From a virus, in the IMG/VR virus record IMGVR_UViG_3300021138_001972, positions 1 through 64,000 of that record: a stretch of DNA of 64,000 bases. One strand, written 5' to 3'. The translations under genes were made by a program, and so were the position numbers. This document shows positions 61,686 to 64,000 of the stretch, in pieces; the stretch's first letter is position 1; the number at the start of each line of letters is the position of its first letter. The notes beneath the pieces were generated by a model, which saw only the letters and a list, made by a program, of their open reading frames with translations, did no database searches and was not told the origin of the DNA.

Positions 61686-62924
61686 ATGAAAAGCATGGCA
61701 TGCGATAAGATGTGGACTATGATGAACGTTAAATCTAACAAACGTCAGATAACCACATGCTGCCTCAGATATTCAGATGCGATACCATTGGAAACGCTGC
61801 AGGATCTTGGACCCAAAATTTTCACTGACGCATTACCTACTGTGCGACAGGACAGAGACCAGTTCATAGATGATAATATCATACCAGATGCCTGCAAAGT
61901 GTGCAAGGACACGTGGCCCAATTCGCTGTGGCACAGCTGGAACGAATGGAAAGAACGAGATTGGACTGACAACGAGCTAGAACATCTGAGATCAGCAGAA
62001 ATGTTGAATCTCATCGAGATAAGTCTTTCCAACGTTTGCAACCAAACCTGCATGTACTGTGGTCCGGAAAACAGCAGCGATTGGGCCAAGATACTGGGTA
62101 TCCAACAAGAAGATACGTCTGACTGGGAGCTTACCATGCTGCAATCTCTGTATGCGTTCATAGAGCAGACTGTGAATCTGCGGCCAGGTAGGATGACCTA
62201 CAATTTCCTAGGTGGCGAACCTCTGCTTAACCTCAACATGTATGATGTCATAGACGGCATAATATCAAGCCATGCCAATGATCATTATCCAAACCGCAAG
62301 AAGGAGATAATGATCACGTCCAATCTCAACGTCAAACCCATATTGATTGACAGGTTGCTGGCCGTGATAGACGCTAATGAAGGCTGGCGCTGGATGATCA
62401 AGGGCAGCATAGACGCTGTTGGTACCACTGGCGAAACTGTGCGAGACGGGCTTAGCGTGGATCTCTTCCAAGAAAACCTAGAGAAGCTGCTGAAAAATCC
62501 AAAGGTCAGCATCGAGATCCTACCCAGTGTCAGCGTGCTTAGCTTGCCAGAGTTCTCAGATTTGATCAAGTGGGTCAAGGACATTATGAAGCGCAATAAT
62601 CTCATGGACCAGTATGGTACCAGATGGCGCATGGGCATCAACGTGGTGCACTATCCCGAGGCCCTGCATCCGGGCAATCTCTCAGAAGATTTCCGTGACT
62701 GCATAACTCGATGTTTGGAGGAAGCTGCTGAAATTCCTGACACTGGCAACAGGAATTCGTTCCTGCTGCACATCAACAACATGGGTGGGATCATAGGCAC
62801 CAAGCGTTCTGAATCAGACCGCGCAGAGATGCGACGTTGGTTCAAGCAGCAGGGACAGATCAAGAGCAAGGACTATTGGTCCCTGTTTCCCCTGCTAAAT
62901 CAGCTCTGCGGTCCTGCTGATTGA
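61686..62924 (+). CDS. Radical SAM protein
   Basis: ACDKMW..CC..CKVC; CNQTCMYC; LGGEP. Confidence 0.9.
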   Translation: MKSMACDKMWTMMNVKSNKRQITTCCLRYSDAIPLETLQDLGPKIFTDALPTVRQDRDQFIDDNIIPDACKVCKDTWPNSLWHSWNEWKERDWTDNELEHLRSAEMLNLIEISLSNVCNQTCMYCGPENSSDWAKILGIQQEDTSDWELTMLQSLYAFIEQTVNLRPGRMTYNFLGGEPLLNLNMYDVIDGIISSHANDHYPNRKKEIMITSNLNVKPILIDRLLAVIDANEGWRWMIKGSIDAVGTTGETVRDGLSVDLFQENLEKLLKNPKVSIEILPSVSVLSLPEFSDLIKWVKDIMKRNNLMDQYGTRWRMGINVVHYPEALHPGNLSEDFRDCITRCLEEAAEIPDTGNRNSFLLHINNMGGIIGTKRSESDRAEMRRWFKQQGQIKSKDYWSLFPLLNQLCGPAD

Positions 62925-62929
62925 CGTGT

Positions 62930-63478
62930 TTAGATAAACCAACCCCAGATAGCGTCGCTGAGCAGCAGAGCTCCGATCAGACCGCAGGCAATGCTGGCCC
63001 ACAGCATTTCCATGCTCACTGCAAGTATCGCAGTTGAGCTGAGCACTATGGCAATCTGTAGCGCAGCACTGCTGAAGCTGAAGTAAGGTCCGTGTGCCTT
63101 GGCAGCATCGCGCTCTTCTTCTAGCACTTTGGCCTTGGCCAGCAGTTCGCGCTTGCCCTCACCAGTCTTGGGATCGCTCTCATAGCTAGATATCTTAGCC
63201 CTGATCTCAGCAGCCTTGGCATCGTCCTTGCGTGCCAGCGCGTCATCTAGGGCATATTCAGCTAGATTCTGTTTGATGCTCTTGGCCTGATAGAAGTTGT
63301 AGACATCGTTGATCTTCAGCGTGTTGGTCAGCACCCGGCTGCTGACACCGTTGGCGATCAGAGTTCCAATAGCCAATAGTGCCGCCAGTATGCTGATGGT
63401 TATGGCCCCACGGCCCTTCATCACTGCTTCGCCTTCGCTGCGACTTAATACCTTACCAGTCTTGTCCTTTAGTGCCAT
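62930..63478 (-). CDS. DUF4337-like membrane protein
   Basis: YNFYQAKSIKQ, LQIAIVLSS and TM segments; start MALKD after GGAG. Confidence 0.8.
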   Translation of the reverse strand: MALKDKTGKVLSRSEGEAVMKGRGAITISILAALLAIGTLIANGVSSRVLTNTLKINDVYNFYQAKSIKQNLAEYALDDALARKDDAKAAEIRAKISSYESDPKTGEGKRELLAKAKVLEEERDAAKAHGPYFSFSSAALQIAIVLSSTAILAVSMEMLWASIACGLIGALLLSDAIWGWFI

Positions 63479-63529
63479 GTGAGATCTCCATAAATGCACA
63501 CATGCTAATTTATCTGATCAGGGACAAAT

Positions 63530-64000
63530 TTACTCTTGCACCATAGCTGCTATAGCTGCTGTCTTTGGATAGATCGCGCGCCAATCTCCTCCGCCCCAGC
63601 GGGCCTGGCTGTCATCTAAGAACCCAGTCAACAATCTGGTTTGTTTGATGCTAGGCTGATCTGATGGTAGCGCAAGCCATGTGGATATCTGCTCACTGAT
63701 CACGTTAGCATGCGAGAGGTCTGACGTTGCAAACGCAGACAACAGAGATTGAAAGTGCTGTAGCTCATCTCGGAACGATCCAAACCATTCTGCAGGATCC
63801 AACGCTGGAGGATCAACTACCGGATTGATCTCGTCCCAGATCGGAGCATTACAGAGGCTGGATCTGCTATCAAAAACAAACTGTGCCAGTGCAGGCATGG
63901 ATTCTAACGTCAGTGGTGTTAGTGTTAATGCTGGACGCATGATCACGGGTTTTGATCCCAGTCGTAACCAATTGTCTCGCCACCGTTCCCAGTTACAGTT
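63530..64000 (-). CDS. C-terminal part of a probable further radical SAM protein, 5' end beyond window edge
   Basis: Frame is open to base 64000 (NCNWERWRDNWLRL...); the tail FLDD..RW....WRAIYP resembles the C-termini of the other rSAM paralogs. Confidence 0.6.
   Translation of the reverse strand, partial: NCNWERWRDNWLRLGSKPVIMRPALTLTPLTLESMPALAQFVFDSRSSLCNAPIWDEINPVVDPPALDPAEWFGSFRDELQHFQSLLSAFATSDLSHANVISEQISTWLALPSDQPSIKQTRLLTGFLDDSQARWGGGDWRAIYPKTAAIAAMVQE

Overview
This window is a gene-dense segment of a large T4-like (jumbo) tailed phage genome. The host is probably an alphaproteobacterium, judging from the RpoD, FdxA, ornithine decarboxylase and hemO/pcyX-type genes and the TTGACA..TGCTAnnnT promoters. 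Contents from left to right: (1) A late-expressed block of large mosaic proteins (1-2427 and 6085-13705). They start with short leaders ending in Glu and consist of unrelated modules separated by hydrophobic-x-Glu sites, which suggests capsid-packaged polyproteins cut by the prohead protease. (2) Metabolic and DNA genes: ODC, uvsE, DNA ligase, metK, heme oxygenase plus bilin reductase. (3) A spanin/holin cassette. (4) A ~16 kb tailoring cluster with a carbamoyltransferase, two B12-dependent radical SAM enzymes, four more radical SAM genes, a nucleotide-sugar dehydrogenase and three paralogous GT-like proteins. (5) A phage RpoD, an Arg-tRNA-transferase-like protein, an amidinotransferase, a leader-tagged SOD and a subtilisin autotransporter-like protein. 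(6) Collagen-like tail fibres and a ferredoxin interrupted by an in-frame 6-nt CCT-TAG-CTA stop insertion. No tRNA, rRNA, CRISPR array or mobile element was recognised. All product calls come from motif recognition by eye; no database search was run.
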